Shown here: positions 62,513 to 64,000 of the stretch, one piece after another
Layout of the letters: every line of letters begins with the position of its first letter
Position numbering within the stretch: position 1 is the stretch's first letter
Source: the human T2T-CHM13v2.0 reference genome, Homo sapiens
Length of the DNA: 64,000 bases
Strand: one strand, 5' to 3'
Assembly (NCBI RefSeq): GCF_009914755.1
Contig: NC_060939.1
Made by a program: the position numbers and the translations under genes
Notes under the pieces: generated by a model
The model's database searches: none
The model's input: only the letters and a program-made list of their open reading frames with translations
Told to the model about the DNA's origin: nothing

Positions 62513-64000
62513 CCTGTCCTGTAGATAACAAATTTTCTTCAGTCTCTGGTTTATCCCTTCTTTGTTTCTTTTTTTTTTTTAAATCGAACTCTTTTAGCCA
62601 TTTTTGTATCCATATTTTAAAATATCCATATAGTTTTATTTTAATGTTTTTAGTTTAAGAAAATATCTACTGACTTTCTACCGAGAAAAATAAAGGTTTG
62701 ATTCTTACATAGTGATGACTACTTCCCAAACAGCCACTCCTCTGGCCCTCAGTCTACAAAGCTATGCATAAATGGGTACCTTTATGAAGTGATCACTTGG
62801 ATACAGGGTGCTAGAGCTCTCCATCGAGCTAAGGATGTGGGTCCTAGAAAAGAAGACACAGTCTAAGTCTTGGAGCATCTACTGATATTGAGAGCTACGA
62901 ATACACCAAGTAGAACAAGTTGAACAACTTTGGAGACACTAAGTAATAACAGGCAAAAGACTGACACTGTTAAATATTCACATTAAACTCAAAGAGGGCA
63001 CAGCCAGTATTATTCTGCAATAAATTTCACTGTCCCCCATCTCCCCTGATGAATTAATGTGCATGAGGTGGGATGGACGGGAGTTAAAACCTTAAATTTC
63101 TCTGTGATCTGTGATTAGGCAAAGAAAGCCAAGGTCTAACTCTGCTCACTGGGCTTGACTACCACCCTGTGTTAGTGTGCTTCGTGTCAATGCGTCTGTC
63201 CAAAAAGTCCTAACTTTTAATTTTATATGGCTCTTGAACAAACCTCATCCCACCCACCAGATGCCTCCAGTGATGCCTTCATGCTCCTGCTAAGAGTAGT
63301 TCTTCAGAGGGTACTTTCCCAGTTCTTGGCAATGATTTTCTGACAAGGGTTATCTTGCATGAATGGATCTTTAGTGGTGTCCTAGTAAAGGAATGGGCAC
63401 CCTTACCTTCAACAAAGAATGGCTCATACTCAACTCACTTACCCCAATATTACTAGCTAGGGAGTTGCTGCTTATTTTTAATTTTAATTTTATTTTGAGA
63501 CAGAGTCTCGCTCTGTCACCTAGAGTGGAGTGCAATGGCATGGTAGCCTCCATCTCCCAGGCTCAAGTGATACTTCCGCCTCAGCCTCCCAAGTAGCTGG
63601 GACTACAGGTGCATGCCACCATATCAAGCTAATTTTTTTTTATTTTTAGTAGAGATGTGGTCTCTCTATGTTGCCCAGGATGGTCTCGAACTCCTGAGCT
63701 CAAGTGATCCTCCTACCTCAGCCTCCCAAAGTGCTGGGATTCCAGGTGTGAGGCACCGTGTCCAGCCAGGTGCTTATTTTTAGTAGTTCCATGTGTATCC
63801 AAAGACAGGTTTATAGTCCAGCCACTTTCAATCAAAATCCATAAAGCTATTGATCATGATGTACTAACTACAGCTCAGTGCCCCTAGTATACCATATAGT
63901 GCACTGCAGTGGAAAACACCAGGCTGGAAAACAGTAAAGAAGAACAAGTGATACAAATTTAAACTGGTATTTGGAGGACTACTCTTTCTCCCTAAGAAAC

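Overview
Primate (almost certainly human) genomic DNA from the AVEN/CHRM5 locus (15q14, by recall). It holds the complete single-exon CDS of the muscarinic acetylcholine receptor M5 (CHRM5, + strand, 54908-56506) with its acceptor, 3' UTR and poly(A) signals, and a candidate 332-nt non-coding CHRM5 exon (38723-39054). AVEN coding exon 1 (- strand, 31225-30971) lies in a CpG island; its intron 1 fills the left half of the window. The rest is repeat-rich: about 50 Alus, a degenerate full-length older L1PA, a solo LTR12 nested in a Tigger3, MaLR/ERV LTRs, MER20, MER5A, MIR/L2 and old L1M fragments. Best observations: (1) the CHRM5 5' UTR exon is a MER5A/L1-5'UTR chimera carrying seven uAUGs; (2) the intronic LTR12 is oriented with AVEN and has 11 CCAAT boxes and a strong splice donor, so it could produce AVEN transcripts lacking the RGG exon; (3) AVEN exon 1 appears 4 Gly shorter than the reference protein as I recall it; (4) an old ~120-bp inverted duplication flanks a MER20; (5) there is a foreign 108-bp insert inside an Alu and a perfect 16-bp fold-back in the L1 5' UTR. 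I see no evidence of a wholly new gene system; nearly all other ORFs in the track are Alu/L1 read-through. Repeat subfamily names come from remembered consensus motifs and repeat boundaries are approximate.
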